The notes under the pieces are model-generated. The model saw only the letters and a list, made by a program, of their open reading frames with translations. It was not told where the DNA came from and ran no database searches. A program made the position numbers and the translations under genes. From the NCBI GenBank assembly GCA_963728595.1, contig CAVSLF010000002.1, positions 1 through 44,909 on the forward strand: 44,909 nt of DNA. The letters are read 5' to 3'. The stretch comes from an uncultured Nitrososphaeraceae archaeon. GTDB lineage: Archaea; Thermoproteota; Nitrososphaeria; Nitrososphaerales; Nitrososphaeraceae. Shown piece by piece: positions 11,056 through 21,214 of the stretch; position 1 is the first letter of the stretch, and every line of letters begins with the position of its first letter.

Positions 11056-12902
11056 GTAACTTTAAATCTGATTCTAAATCAAAGGAAAAACCAAAAATAT
11101 GTTCTGTTGAGGAGGCTCTAAGACTTCATGAAGGTTATGTTACGGTATCTGGCGCGATAGCCGGAATAAGTGGAACATACAAGATGATAGGGTCTGCTAG
11201 CAAGAGATGTAATTGTAGAGACGGACGCAATCATCTTGTATCATACGAACCTGCAATAAATCAGTGGCAATTCAAAAATATGATAAAATGTGCAGGTTGC
11301 GAAAGCGCAGCCTATCTGGAAGCGCGATACACTAATGCAATCTCTATAATACTTCGTAACCCTAGTGCCTCTAACAGCTTAGAGACAATTGAAGTCATAT
11401 TATTTGATAAATATACTCGGAACATAGTCATAGGCGAAAATGCTAGAGTATACGGAAAAATCTACATTCCGACCACCAAACACGAGAAAAAACCTGTTGC
11501 TGTTCTTTATGCCAGTAAAATAGAATATCATGATAGGGAAGATGTAAAGCCAACCCTAGATGAAATATTAGGATTTGAGAGATTCGCTGAGGAGTGGCGT
11601 GACAAGAAGAATAAGGATAATGGTTCAATTTTAATTGATAAACTTGTTGAACAAATGCTTCCCTCGGTAATAGGCTGTAACCTACTGAAGAGGGGCATCT
11701 TATTATCCGCTGTGATGTCGGCTATTGACAACTATAAGAAGGGAAAATCAGCATATCAATCTCAATCAAAATCAAAATCAAACCGTAAGACTAGAATTGA
11801 TATTTTGACAATTGGCCCCTATGGGCTGGGCAAGACTGAAGCCATTAGCAAAGCAACAAAATTACTTCCAGGGAGTACACAAGCAAGCGGCCAGGCCTCG
11901 ACAGGTTTGAGCCTTACAGCAATAGTGGAGCGCTTGGAATCCGGCATGACTATACTCAAGGAAGGACCGCTTCCGGCGGCACGGGGTAAAGCCTTCTTCT
12001 TAAATGAAGCAAACCGTCTGCGTGACCAGAATCAACTTTTAGATTTTCAGCAAGAAGGAGGTTCGTACATTAACAAACATGGAGTCTCTGCGTATATTGA
12101 CTGCGCAACCTCCGTATGGGCTGCCGCCAATCCAATAAATGGACAATTTGAATATCTCCCTGATGGTAAAATTGACCGGAATTGTGTGAATATCTCACCG
12201 CCTTGGATGGACCGGTTTGATTTAGTCTTCATCATTTCAGACAAAAATAGCGATGCTAACTTGAGTGACTATATCCACAGGAAGAGTTTGATGATACAAA
12301 ATGGAGAACAATTAGAGACCCCCGAATGGATTATCAAATACATTGCACACGTCAAAAATCCTAACTATATTCCTAAAATCAGCGATGAAGCTCGTTCAAT
12401 CGTTGAACAGTTCACCGAGGCTTTGATGAAAAATAACAAGGATGTTTCACCTAGGCGATTAGAAACCATATTTAATTTAACAATATCGCATGCAAAAGTG
12501 AAACTCAAAGATGTTGCCGATGCGCAGGACGCTAAAGAAGCGATTGAATTCTTTAAGCAGGTCAATGAGGAACTTCTCACACAAATTGACGTTCAAGTAA
12601 TTGACCCGATGGACATGAGTGTCTTAAAACTAGGAGAATTGCTCGAAGCATCAAGTAACTTTGGACCTTTGGGCTTTATCGATTTAGCCAAATCCGCCCG
12701 TGACCAAGACAGACAAATAGCGTCGTACATCGGTCCCAATTTTTCGATGGCGTCTAATCACAAATTGCGCCAGCTGGCCCAACTGTTAGAACAAAGACCT
12801 CACGTCAAGAGAGTCAGCAAGAAGCCCCTAACGTTTCAATGGATTCCGGATACTCCCACAGTACCGACTTCAGCAGAACCGAATTCCAATGTTGGTAGAT
12901 GA
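11052..12902 (+). CDS. mcm: Divergent MCM-family replicative helicase of mobile-element type
   Basis: OB-fold with CxC..CxxC Zn site, Walker A GPYGLGKT, ASTGLSLTAIV, Walker B FLNE, AAANP sensor 1, DRFD arginine finger, SPRRLE sensor 2. Confidence 0.9.
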   Translation: MSNFKSDSKSKEKPKICSVEEALRLHEGYVTVSGAIAGISGTYKMIGSASKRCNCRDGRNHLVSYEPAINQWQFKNMIKCAGCESAAYLEARYTNAISIILRNPSASNSLETIEVILFDKYTRNIVIGENARVYGKIYIPTTKHEKKPVAVLYASKIEYHDREDVKPTLDEILGFERFAEEWRDKKNKDNGSILIDKLVEQMLPSVIGCNLLKRGILLSAVMSAIDNYKKGKSAYQSQSKSKSNRKTRIDILTIGPYGLGKTEAISKATKLLPGSTQASGQASTGLSLTAIVERLESGMTILKEGPLPAARGKAFFLNEANRLRDQNQLLDFQQEGGSYINKHGVSAYIDCATSVWAAANPINGQFEYLPDGKIDRNCVNISPPWMDRFDLVFIISDKNSDANLSDYIHRKSLMIQNGEQLETPEWIIKYIAHVKNPNYIPKISDEARSIVEQFTEALMKNNKDVSPRRLETIFNLTISHAKVKLKDVADAQDAKEAIEFFKQVNEELLTQIDVQVIDPMDMSVLKLGELLEASSNFGPLGFIDLAKSARDQDRQIASYIGPNFSMASNHKLRQLAQLLEQRPHVKRVSKKPLTFQWIPDTPTVPTSAEPNSNVGR

Positions 12903-12914
12903 GTGAATGAATGA

Positions 12915-13033
12915 ATATGACCTATATGACGTATATGATATTTCTGTACGCGGGGTACCCCAGATTTTATTGTGACGATTTGTCACCCATACCTCGCGGG
13001 ACAGGTACATCACATACGTCACATACGTCATAT
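12915..13033. repeat. ~44-bp imperfect inverted repeat with three 9-bp iterons per arm and a central GTGAC-N5-GTCAC hairpin (candidate origin)
   Basis: Left arm 12915-12957 atatgacctatatgacgtatatgatatttctgtacgcggggta; reverse complement of right arm 12990-13033 atatgacgtatgtgacgtatgtgatgtacctgtcccgcgaggta. Confidence 0.85.
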
Positions 13034-13184
13034 AGCAAGTAGTGGCAACAAAGTGGTAGAGCCTTCTCGTGGCGTTGCTGAAAGGTCATATTGCCAGACT
13101 GTTGTATTTTCTGGCCATTCGTATAAAATGACAACCAATCTACCACCAACTAATAAAATCATGACAGGAGGTGAATAAGAAAAA

Positions 13185-13541
13185 TTGAGTAACAGTTCCA
13201 GTACATTATCAGAAAAGACCGAGAATCTATTTCAGCAAATAGAAGAAGAAAGACAAAGACAATCCAAATTCGTTAAATTACAAAGTGGTGAAACAAGAGC
13301 ATTCCAGTTCAATCCAGAGAAATTCCAATTAACCGAAATGGAATTTGAAGGAAAATTAAGTAAACGAGTACACTATTCAGTAATAGACCCTAAACAGCCA
13401 AGGGAAGGAGAGAAGATATTGGCTATGTCTTTGGCCAATGCCATAAGTATTAACGCACTACTAAAGAAAGGTCTAAATTTGTTGGAGGTAAAAAGAATAG
13501 GAGTAGACAGGAATACAAAGTATACTTTTGCACCTGTCTAA
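13185..13541 (+). CDS. Putative phage-type OB-fold ssDNA-binding protein
   Basis: SKFVKLQSGETRAFQF at the start and LEVKRIGVDRNTKYTFAP at the end match the pattern of gp32-like phage SSBs; GGAGGTGA upstream; next to MCM. Confidence 0.55.
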   Translation: MSNSSSTLSEKTENLFQQIEEERQRQSKFVKLQSGETRAFQFNPEKFQLTEMEFEGKLSKRVHYSVIDPKQPREGEKILAMSLANAISINALLKKGLNLLEVKRIGVDRNTKYTFAPV

Positions 13542-13754
13542 ACTATTTTTTCATTTTTTTTATAGGCTGATGCTAAATCGCTGACGGTGTATTCTAATGC
13601 GTAACTTATCATCGTCGTCGGGATAAATACATTGGATTTATTCTGTTTGCTAAATCTTCATTAACGCATAGTCATAGGATAATCAGTCATAGTCACGTTC
13701 GGCTGTTAATCGAGAAGAAAATACAGCGAATCAAGCATCGAAGTCATTCGTTAG

Positions 13755-14545
13755 GTCTACACATGGACTAACTTTATATTTGCTGGAGTTGCACGTGGCT
13801 ACGTATACTTCGTTTTCACGATTAACTTCAGGTACCGTCATAGAATCACGTATGGGCTAAATTGGTCATAATAACGGGTTATTTTATTAAGGTGTTTCTT
13901 TAGCAGATTAGCATTACTGTAAACCTGTTCCAAATAAATTATAGACGAATTTAGAATAGCAGGTCTACAATTTTAGTTACCATTATAACTAATAAAAAAT
14001 ATAATGTGGCTTATTTGATTTTGGTATACAATAATTTCTGACATATCTTGTTTGACCGTATTATCATGTTGTTTTAACTGTGCATGGTTACTACAACTAG
14101 TCTACTTGCAATTATTCCACTTAAGTAGACGTTCTGCTGCACCAGTTTACGTTACCTAAAGTAGACCTTGAGCGGTATACTTTATTTAGAGCAGATGAGA
14201 ATTAATTACTATGTCTACCACTATACATAAGAGAGTAAAAAGAACAAGAGTGCTTTCAACTAAGGTGACAGAAAGAGATAATCGCTACATGCAAGCAATG
14301 GTGAAGAGATATTATGAAGAAGGACATATCCACCAAGCCAAAACATCTACTCTTCTTAGACAAATCGTGAAAAACTTTTTACGTAATAGATGTCCCGAGT
14401 ACCAACAAAAGACATCAACCAATTACCAGCAAGAAATGAATAGGTTGTATTCAGCACGAAAAGGTGATAGTAGTTTTCCTCACTCTTTACAAGAGACAAA
14501 TTACACTCCAGAACAACAACAAACACTACTTCTGTGAGACGACGT
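13755..14545 (+). repeat. Copy A of the non-coding GTCTAC/GTATAC array + RHH gene module
   Basis: Aligns along its length with the reverse complement of 40597-41352; 56 bp identical (13764-13819 = rc 41287-41342). Confidence 0.92.
14211..14537 (+). CDS. RHH-like DNA-binding protein, copy A
   Basis: TRVLSTKV beta-strand, helix, G-x-I, then STLLRQIVKNFL helix; near-identical N-terminal ~65 aa to 40564..40935. Confidence 0.75.
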   Translation: MSTTIHKRVKRTRVLSTKVTERDNRYMQAMVKRYYEEGHIHQAKTSTLLRQIVKNFLRNRCPEYQQKTSTNYQQEMNRLYSARKGDSSFPHSLQETNYTPEQQQTLLL

Positions 14546-14757
14546 GGTTTTAACTTCAAGAAGAATAAGGAAATCGAGGTTTCAAATGCAAGCATAGCGA
14601 GATGAAATTTCAGAACAAAGAAAAATTGGATAAACATTCTAAGAAGGCGCATACGGGACGGGAAAAACCCGACCAAGCCCACTAAGGCTGAAATCAACTT
14701 ATTGTCTTTAGATACTCACGAACCTCTTACCATGTATTAAATAAAATGTTGCACTTG

Positions 14758-14976
14758 ATTGTAGTGAATCTGATGTATCCAATACGATGTATAATATTCT
14801 GCGTGCGATGGGTAAAGATGCGGGCTTCTCGTATGAAACCGCAGATACTTTACATTAAAGATGCACAAAGCGCAAATAAAACCGAGCTCGTTGAAACATG
14901 GCAAACCATCAAAAAGGATAGGTTAAGGCATTTGCATATGTTAAAAGAGGCCTTAGAGAAGGAAATACATGCATAA
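14758..14976 (+). CDS. Small half-ferritin-like helical protein, frameshifted (~14849); start approximate
   Basis: Corrected frame SESDVSNTMYNILRAMGKDAGFSYETADTYIKDAQSANKTELVETWQTIKKDRLRHLHMLKEALEKEIHA; the N-terminus given in the ORF track is out of frame. Confidence 0.55.
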   Translation: MVVNLMYPIRCIIFCVRWVKMRASRMKPQILYIKDAQSANKTELVETWQTIKKDRLRHLHMLKEALEKEIHA

Positions 14977-15081
14977 CCCTTCAAGCACAAACTTACATTT
15001 TTAACAAAAATAGTTATAGCAATATCAGCGCAAGAAAAATTAATATTTCGTAAATCTCATTAAGACGGGAAAGGGATAGTC

Positions 15082-15998
15082 TTGTCTAAATACGAACAAG
15101 AGGGAATTCCAATTCAACTTTTAAAGGAAGGTGCAACTGAAACAAAAGGTAAAGACGCTCGGAAAAATAGCTTTGCTGCTGTAAAATTAATTACGCAAAT
15201 TGTCCGTTCGAGCTTAGGTCCAAGAGGTATGGACAAAATGTTGGTGAGCTCCACTGGCGATGTAACAATCACGAATGATGGGACAACAATCCTGAAGGAA
15301 ATAGATGTTGAACATCCTATAGCGAAAACTTTCTAAAGCTACTGGGGCGAGAATAGTTACTAACACAGATGAGCTATCTAAAGATGATATTGGCCTTGCA
15401 GAGCTAGTAGAGGAGCGTAAAATAGAAACTGACAAATGGGTATTCATCGAAGGATGCAAGAATCCAAAATCAGTTACTATTCTAATACGTGGCGGTTCTC
15501 AAAGACTTGTAGACGAGGCTGACCGGTCTATCCATGTTGCACTGATGGCGCTCAAATGTGTTGTAGAATATCCTTTCGTTGTTGTAGGTGGAGGCGCATC
15601 GGAAGCAATTGTTTCTCGAAAGTTAAGAGAATGGTCAGCGTCCCTTGCAAGCCGTCAGCAGCTGGCAGCTGAAAAATATGCTGATGCGGTAGAATCTATT
15701 CCATTAGCCTTGGCAGAAAATGCTGGAATGTCTGTAATAGATACACAAGCTGAATTGCGAACTAAAAGTAAGGAGGCTGGGAAAGCAAGTTATGGTATAG
15801 ATGTTTTCAATGGAAAAGTTGCGGACTTATCGACTAGAGATATATACGAACCACTTACAGTCAAAAATCAAGTCATAAACTCTGCAACAGAGGGCAGCGT
15901 GTATGATATTACGTATAGACAATATAATATCTGCGTCCGCGCCCAAAAGTGGGGGCCCACCACCAGGAAGTCCCTATGGCGGCATGCCGGATTACTAG
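15082..15998 (+). pseudogene. ths: Thermosome (group II chaperonin) subunit with a large internal deletion and two +1 frameshifts
   Basis: SSLGPRGMDKML..ITNDG..EHPIAK joined directly to LSKATGARIV..TILIRGG..GGGASE..IPLALAENAG..ATEAACMILRIDN..GGMPDY*; GDGTT motif absent. Confidence 0.88.
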
Positions 15999-16396
15999 AT
16001 GACTTAGACTTCCGAAAATCAACTTCAAAACTTTACAGACAACGTTCCTCTAAACTAAAGAAAACATTCCTTTTTTTCTGGACAAATCAAATTGTGAATG
16101 CAATGATAACGAAAAATGTCTACCGTAGTCAAACCATTCTAGAGGCTGTTATTTCATAACTAATGCTAACTTATTTTGGATTCAAGCCGAGTTATTACTG
16201 AAAATTTGGTTTGTGGATTTTCCTCATATGTTCGTCTAATTATTTAATCGATTTGAATTTAGACTCGCAATCCTTACAGTTATAATTTGCATCTTCAGGT
16301 GACGACATACTTGTTGATAGCATACATTTCATTTATCAATTTTACATAGCTTTTGGCTGGCTACTGCTTATATCATAGCAATCTTTTACAACTCTC

Positions 16397-16850
16397 ATGC
16401 ATACAAAAATGACTTTAGGAGTTATCCTAATGATAGCTCTTGTAGGAGCAATTATCGGAACTACAATGCTTCAAGTATCATGGGCCATAGTGCATACAGA
16501 GCCATGGGGTAAGGCTAACGCCCCTGTAGCTATTACGGGAGATAATATCTACGTGGCATGGTGGACCAATCAATCCGGTAACGAGGAATTAATGTTCAGA
16601 GCATCCAACGACAAAGGACAGACATTCGGAGATAAAATTAATTTAAGTAACACAACTGATGCCAACTCCACGAGACTGGAGATTGATTCAGATGCGAACA
16701 GCGTAGTTGTTACTTGGTGGGAAACAAACGAAACGAGTGATACTCCAGTAATGAAAGTAAGTAATGACTTTGGTAAAACGTTCGGACCACTGTTGAAACT
16801 AGCCGGCAATCGATACCATAGCCAGCGGAGAAGTTAAACCGGTATTATAG
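16397..16850 (+). CDS. Secreted Asp-box/BNR (sialidase-like) repeat protein; frameshift near the 3' end
   Basis: Signal peptide and two SxDxGxTF boxes (ASNDKGQTFG, VSNDFGKTFG). Confidence 0.75.
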
Positions 16851-16992
16851 ACGCCTACGTAAGTCCGAGACAGTTTTCTTTTTACCTTCTTTCTTTGATT
16901 GTTGGCAAGAGTTTATTTGTCCTAAAGTTTAATCTGACTGGACGGGAAGATAAACATCCATAAACATGGCATAATGATTTTGATAGCATATA

Positions 16993-17656
16993 TTGAATCC
17001 TAAAGCACAAGGACAACAACAAAAAAAACCGAGTTGGAAAGTTCATGCTTATTTTATAGATGCGTGTAATTGTGACTGGGGATGTCCCTGTCAGTTTAAT
17101 GCAAAACCAACTCACGGTAATTGCGAAGGAGTTGCCGGATACCATATAATAACTGGTAGTTATGGAACTGAAGTTAAACTAGACGGACTTAATATGGCAT
17201 TGATAGCTTCCTGGCCTGGTCCATTGCATGAAGGGCGTGGGAAAGCGTCATACTATATAGACAATAGGGCAGATGAAAGACAGTTTGAGGCCTTATCAAA
17301 CATTATTACAGGTAGGGCAGATGGAGGACCTTTCGCTGTGTATGCAAGCATTATAGAAGAAATCCAGGAACCCAAGAAAGCAAGTGTAAAGTTTCAAACT
17401 AAGGATATTAGAAGTCGTGTCAGTGTCAGAGGAGAGGAGTCTAAAAATATCATTGCCGAAGCATGGCTTGAACCTATTCGAAATCCTGTAACTGGTAAAG
17501 CCCATAGAGCAATAATTGAAATCCCTGAAGGTTTTGAATCTACTAGAATGCACCAAGCATCTATGAAAACACTTGTTGCAAATGACGGCCTATCTTAGCT
17601 TTCGATATGAAGGAACATATGGTAGTTTTTCAGAAAACACTTGGAAAGGACCATAA
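16993..17656 (+). CDS. DUF1326 family metal-binding protein; +1 frameshift at ~17589
   Basis: ACNCDWGCPC..PTHGNCEG signature; corrected tail GYLSFRYEGTYGSFSENTWKGP*. Confidence 0.85.
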
Positions 17657-18348
17657 GGTTAGACCACTGATTCAAATAATTGGCAATAAACTACTACAAT
17701 AGAAACGGAACTTTGAATCCCTTCAAGTCAAAGTATCTGAAAACTTAGACGTTAAAGTAACCAGAGCTGATGACAGATTGTCAAGCACCAATAGTAGTAA
17801 CTCTTCCTCATTTACTATAATATGCTAAAAGACGCTTCCTAGTCTCTTTTCGTAATTATTTCGTGATGGGTTTTGAACCAGTGTATGGAGGTTCCCCTAC
17901 TGATTCTTTTACTACGTACGTAGTTGGCAATGCTGAATCAAAAATATTCCCAAGACATATCTAAATTTAGAACTGGCTAGTCCAATCAGCACTGATTACA
18001 ATATAGAAGACTGTAGAAAGCATTTGGAAGAATAATATTTCATACGGAAGATAGATAAACTATATTCCTATTTGAAGAATAATCAAGACTTATCGAAAGC
18101 AATATTGTTTGATGATGAGCCTAGAGATGCTGCATGGGGTGAAAGATATTTTCATATACCTGACCCAGACGGATATCAGACTATCATTTGCAAAGTCATT
18201 AAAGAAACGGGAAAGTCCCAACCTTCTTCCGATTGAAGGAACGTACTTTAGCATCGATATCGGAACTAATTTGACCGACCTAAATAAACGGTCTTTTAAG
18301 GTGGGCATTGCCGTTAGATATAGGCCACCTTATAGACAATAACAGACT

Positions 18349-18576
18349 TCAATAAATTAGACGACTACTATAATCACTGAAAAAACTGGTAATATACGAT
18401 AGTAATCCATCACGCAATTCAATGGCTTTAATCCTATTATCCCCATCCAAATTGTTTTGTAAAAACACATCTAGACCCTGAACCATGTATTGGATATTGG
18501 GAAGCGTCAATAACGACCTAATTTTTTCAGGTGGAATGGATTCTCGTTTAGGATACATGAAGTATTGATGAGACAT
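18349..18576 (-). CDS. Hypothetical protein or gene fragment
   Basis: 75-aa ORF with plausible composition in a degraded region. Confidence 0.35.
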   Translation of the reverse strand: MSHQYFMYPKRESIPPEKIRSLLTLPNIQYMVQGLDVFLQNNLDGDNRIKAIELRDGLLSYITSFFSDYSSRLIY

Positions 18577-19087
18577 CCGGTTGTTAAGTTTATGGTCTAA
18601 ATACTAGCCCCTTACATCCTAATCGCAAGAATTCTAGAACTTTCTAAATCAAAGCTCGGGGTATTAACCACTAGTCAGTTCAGTGAATGTAACTTAGGTT
18701 TATAGTAATCGTTTACAACCTAGCGAACAGCTAGGACCAAAAAAATACAAGAATCCCAATGTTGGCGTTTAACTTTTTTCAATTAACGTGGATTAATATT
18801 GTAAACAGACAGTTTAAAATAAACACTTGGTCTGAATACTAATTAGATATCTGAATGAATAACTTAGATGTCTGCGTTTGTCGACACTTTAGAATTGACC
18901 ACACTATAACATTAGCTCCGGATATTTATCTATCATGTAAAAAGTGCAAATGTTGGAGATTCTGTCAGGTTACATAGTTATTTCTGGATTAGATATAACC
19001 TGAACGTTCAATAGATTACACTTTACTTTTCGGTGGTATCTAGACGCTTTATGAAAAGAAAAAAGGAGGATTGTCTAGATTGCTAGT

Positions 19088-19453
19088 TTATTGTTTAGCG
19101 TAGTTTGCCGCACTTCCGAACTCTATTCCAACATAGGGTTCATTTCCGATTACCCACGTATTGTGTCCAGGAGGAATATAAGCTACATCTCCAGGCCCGT
19201 ATTCTTCTTCACTCCCATCATTCATCTTCACTCTAATTCTTCCTGATTCCACGTATTGTGTGTGAGAAGCTTCACAGCTTTCTGTTTTAGCGATAGGCTT
19301 GATACATTTTTCCCATGTCCATCCTGGTTCTAAGGTCATTTTAGCTATGCTGGTATTGCCCAAATAAGTGAGAACGAGTTTTCCTTTTTCAAAATTGCGT
19401 GTTTCGTCTGGAGAGTTCATACTTTTTTTCTGCATTTTTGTTGTTCCGCTCAT
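19088..19453 (-). CDS. Cupin domain protein
   Basis: LEPGWTW..CEASH..SG..GPGDVAYIPPGH..WVIGNEP. Confidence 0.9.
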   Translation of the reverse strand: MSGTTKMQKKSMNSPDETRNFEKGKLVLTYLGNTSIAKMTLEPGWTWEKCIKPIAKTESCEASHTQYVESGRIRVKMNDGSEEEYGPGDVAYIPPGHNTWVIGNEPYVGIEFGSAANYAKQ

Positions 19454-19688
19454 ACGTCGCTACTCATTGCCAGGTCATATATCTTTTTATCAATTTGGTC
19501 TCCGCCAAAATTCAAATTCGTCACTGGAAATTAAAAATGTGTAAAATAGCTTCATTATATTGCACTGCATATTACCCAATTTATAATTTTTTTTAGTATA
19601 AATAATTAATCAACCGGTGAATCCTCAAAAGTCTACAAGAACATGGTAGAATAGAATAGATATAATCTATATTGCATTGTTGATTTCG

Positions 19689-19856
19689 ATGAACAACATC
19701 AAACAAATTACCGGCTTTAGTTTAGTAGCTGGAATGTTCCTCATAGCAGCACTAGCAACTTCTAGCCTAAGTACTACCAGAACAGCATTTGCTCAAAATA
19801 TGTCAACAGCAATGAACCAAACGGCTGCACAGCAGTTATGTCAGAACTACATATAA
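19689..19856 (+). CDS. Short or truncated secreted protein
   Basis: MNNIKQITGFSLVAGMFLIAALATSSLSTTRTAFAQNMSTAMNQTAA...; same style as 263..556 but ends abruptly. Confidence 0.5.
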   Translation: MNNIKQITGFSLVAGMFLIAALATSSLSTTRTAFAQNMSTAMNQTAAQQLCQNYI

Positions 19857-19857
19857 C

Positions 19858-20797
19858 ATGTCACAACTAAAGCATGTTATATGTCCAGTCTGTGAGAAAG
19901 GAATTCTAACTGTTGTAGCCGAAGTCGGAGTTGAAGCAGAGGGAAGTACAGTAAAGTTTCAGTCTTTGTCAGCAGCTCAAGGTAGGGTTTGCCACAATGT
20001 GATAATTGTGGCAAGTCATTTATCAAGGTCGATAATGGATTCTTGAAATTTAATCTACTCAAAGAACCATTTAGTGGAGGAAAGCTGAGCACGGCTATCC
20101 AACGAATACTTTTAGTACTTATTCTGTGATTAGCTCTAGGCTATTGGGCGCGAGCGAGAGAACAACAGAAGTAAATGTGCTGTCTGATATATCGCTTTTA
20201 ATAGAACAGCGGTTTAAAACAAACGTTACTATTATTTCTCGGGCGAGAATAGAAAGAAATGAACAAGGGAATGACCCTCCAACACAGATACTAAGAAACG
20301 GACAAATCATCGTCTTCCAATTTATGAAGCCATATTCGTACACTTCCAACAGAAATGACAATTATACAAAGTTTGTAATCAAGACAGAACAGCATTACAA
20401 TTTAATAAAAACCTTCAGGCCTAAACAAGCCTATTATATTTTTGTAGCATTAAATAATGTCTCTGAAATTATAACTAACAGGAATGACTTCATAAAATAT
20501 TGCATCGCTTTAGATATTCATAAAATTCCTACCGATATCACACTAAATCAGAGAAGTAGAGTTGTTCGTATGGTAAAGTCTTCATTGGCTCCAAAATTGG
20601 AAATAGCTGGCAAAAGGAAATTTGTAGCCATATCCAACCTAGTGACACTTGACGAACTATGTAATCAGTTTGTTAAAGGACTTGCAGGAATTACTGCAGG
20701 GCCAAGTCTAGTACCACTTAGGAGCTTTATGAAAAATATTAATTCACAGCATACATACATTATTCATCTAAATGCGGATTCTACAGCCGCAGGTTAA
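19858..20797 (+). CDS. Probable single gene: Zn ribbon fused to a PD-(D/E)XK-like nuclease domain (two frameshifts)
   Basis: CPVC (ORF 19858), then CDNCG in another frame, then ORF 20126 with SERTTE..E-x-G-x-D..VFQFMKP resembling the E..GxD..FLQFK restriction-endonuclease-like pattern. Confidence 0.5.
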
Positions 20798-20821
20798 TCT
20801 GAATAAAAAATAAAACAAACT

Positions 20822-21214
20822 ATGGTAAAAAAATGTCTTTCACTCAAACAGCCTTACGCAGAACTTCTAGTTTCTGGTAAGAAGACGATTGAAGTTAGGA
20901 AATGGAACACCAAATTCAGAGGTCAGTTTTTTGTACATGCGTCCAAAAACATTAACGAAGAGGCGTGTAAGAGACTTAAAATAGACCAAGCAAAACTTGT
21001 AACCGGTGCCATTGTTGGAGAGGCTAATCTTTATAATGTAATCTCCTATAGGACCAAAAATTCATTCTTAAAGGATATAAATAAACATTTTGCAAGTTCA
21101 AATTACGATAACCCAAAATATGGATTTATGGTCAACCAGGCAAAAAGATTAGTTACCCCTATTCCTATTCGTGGTAAATTAGGTTTTTTTAACGTAGACA
21201 TGACTATATTTTGA
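20822..21214 (+). CDS. ASCH domain protein
   Basis: LSLKQPYAELLVSGKKTIEVRKW..RG...HAS..GAIVG..PIPIRGKLGFF. Confidence 0.92.
   Translation: MVKKCLSLKQPYAELLVSGKKTIEVRKWNTKFRGQFFVHASKNINEEACKRLKIDQAKLVTGAIVGEANLYNVISYRTKNSFLKDINKHFASSNYDNPKYGFMVNQAKRLVTPIPIRGKLGFFNVDMTIF

Larger units (their letters stand above)
7934..14545. mobile_element. Core of an integrative, MCM-encoding (plasmid/provirus-like) element; ends not defined
   Basis: Integrase, regulators, a tightly overlapping small-gene operon, MCM, candidate origin, SSB and RHH gene; no att repeats or capsid genes seen. Confidence 0.75.

Noticed and set aside
12967..13178. ORFs 12972..13178 (+) and 12967..13149 (-) with HIRHIRH / DVCDVCD repeats
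   Set aside because: The peptide repeats are translations of the 9-bp iterons; better explained as non-coding origin-like DNA
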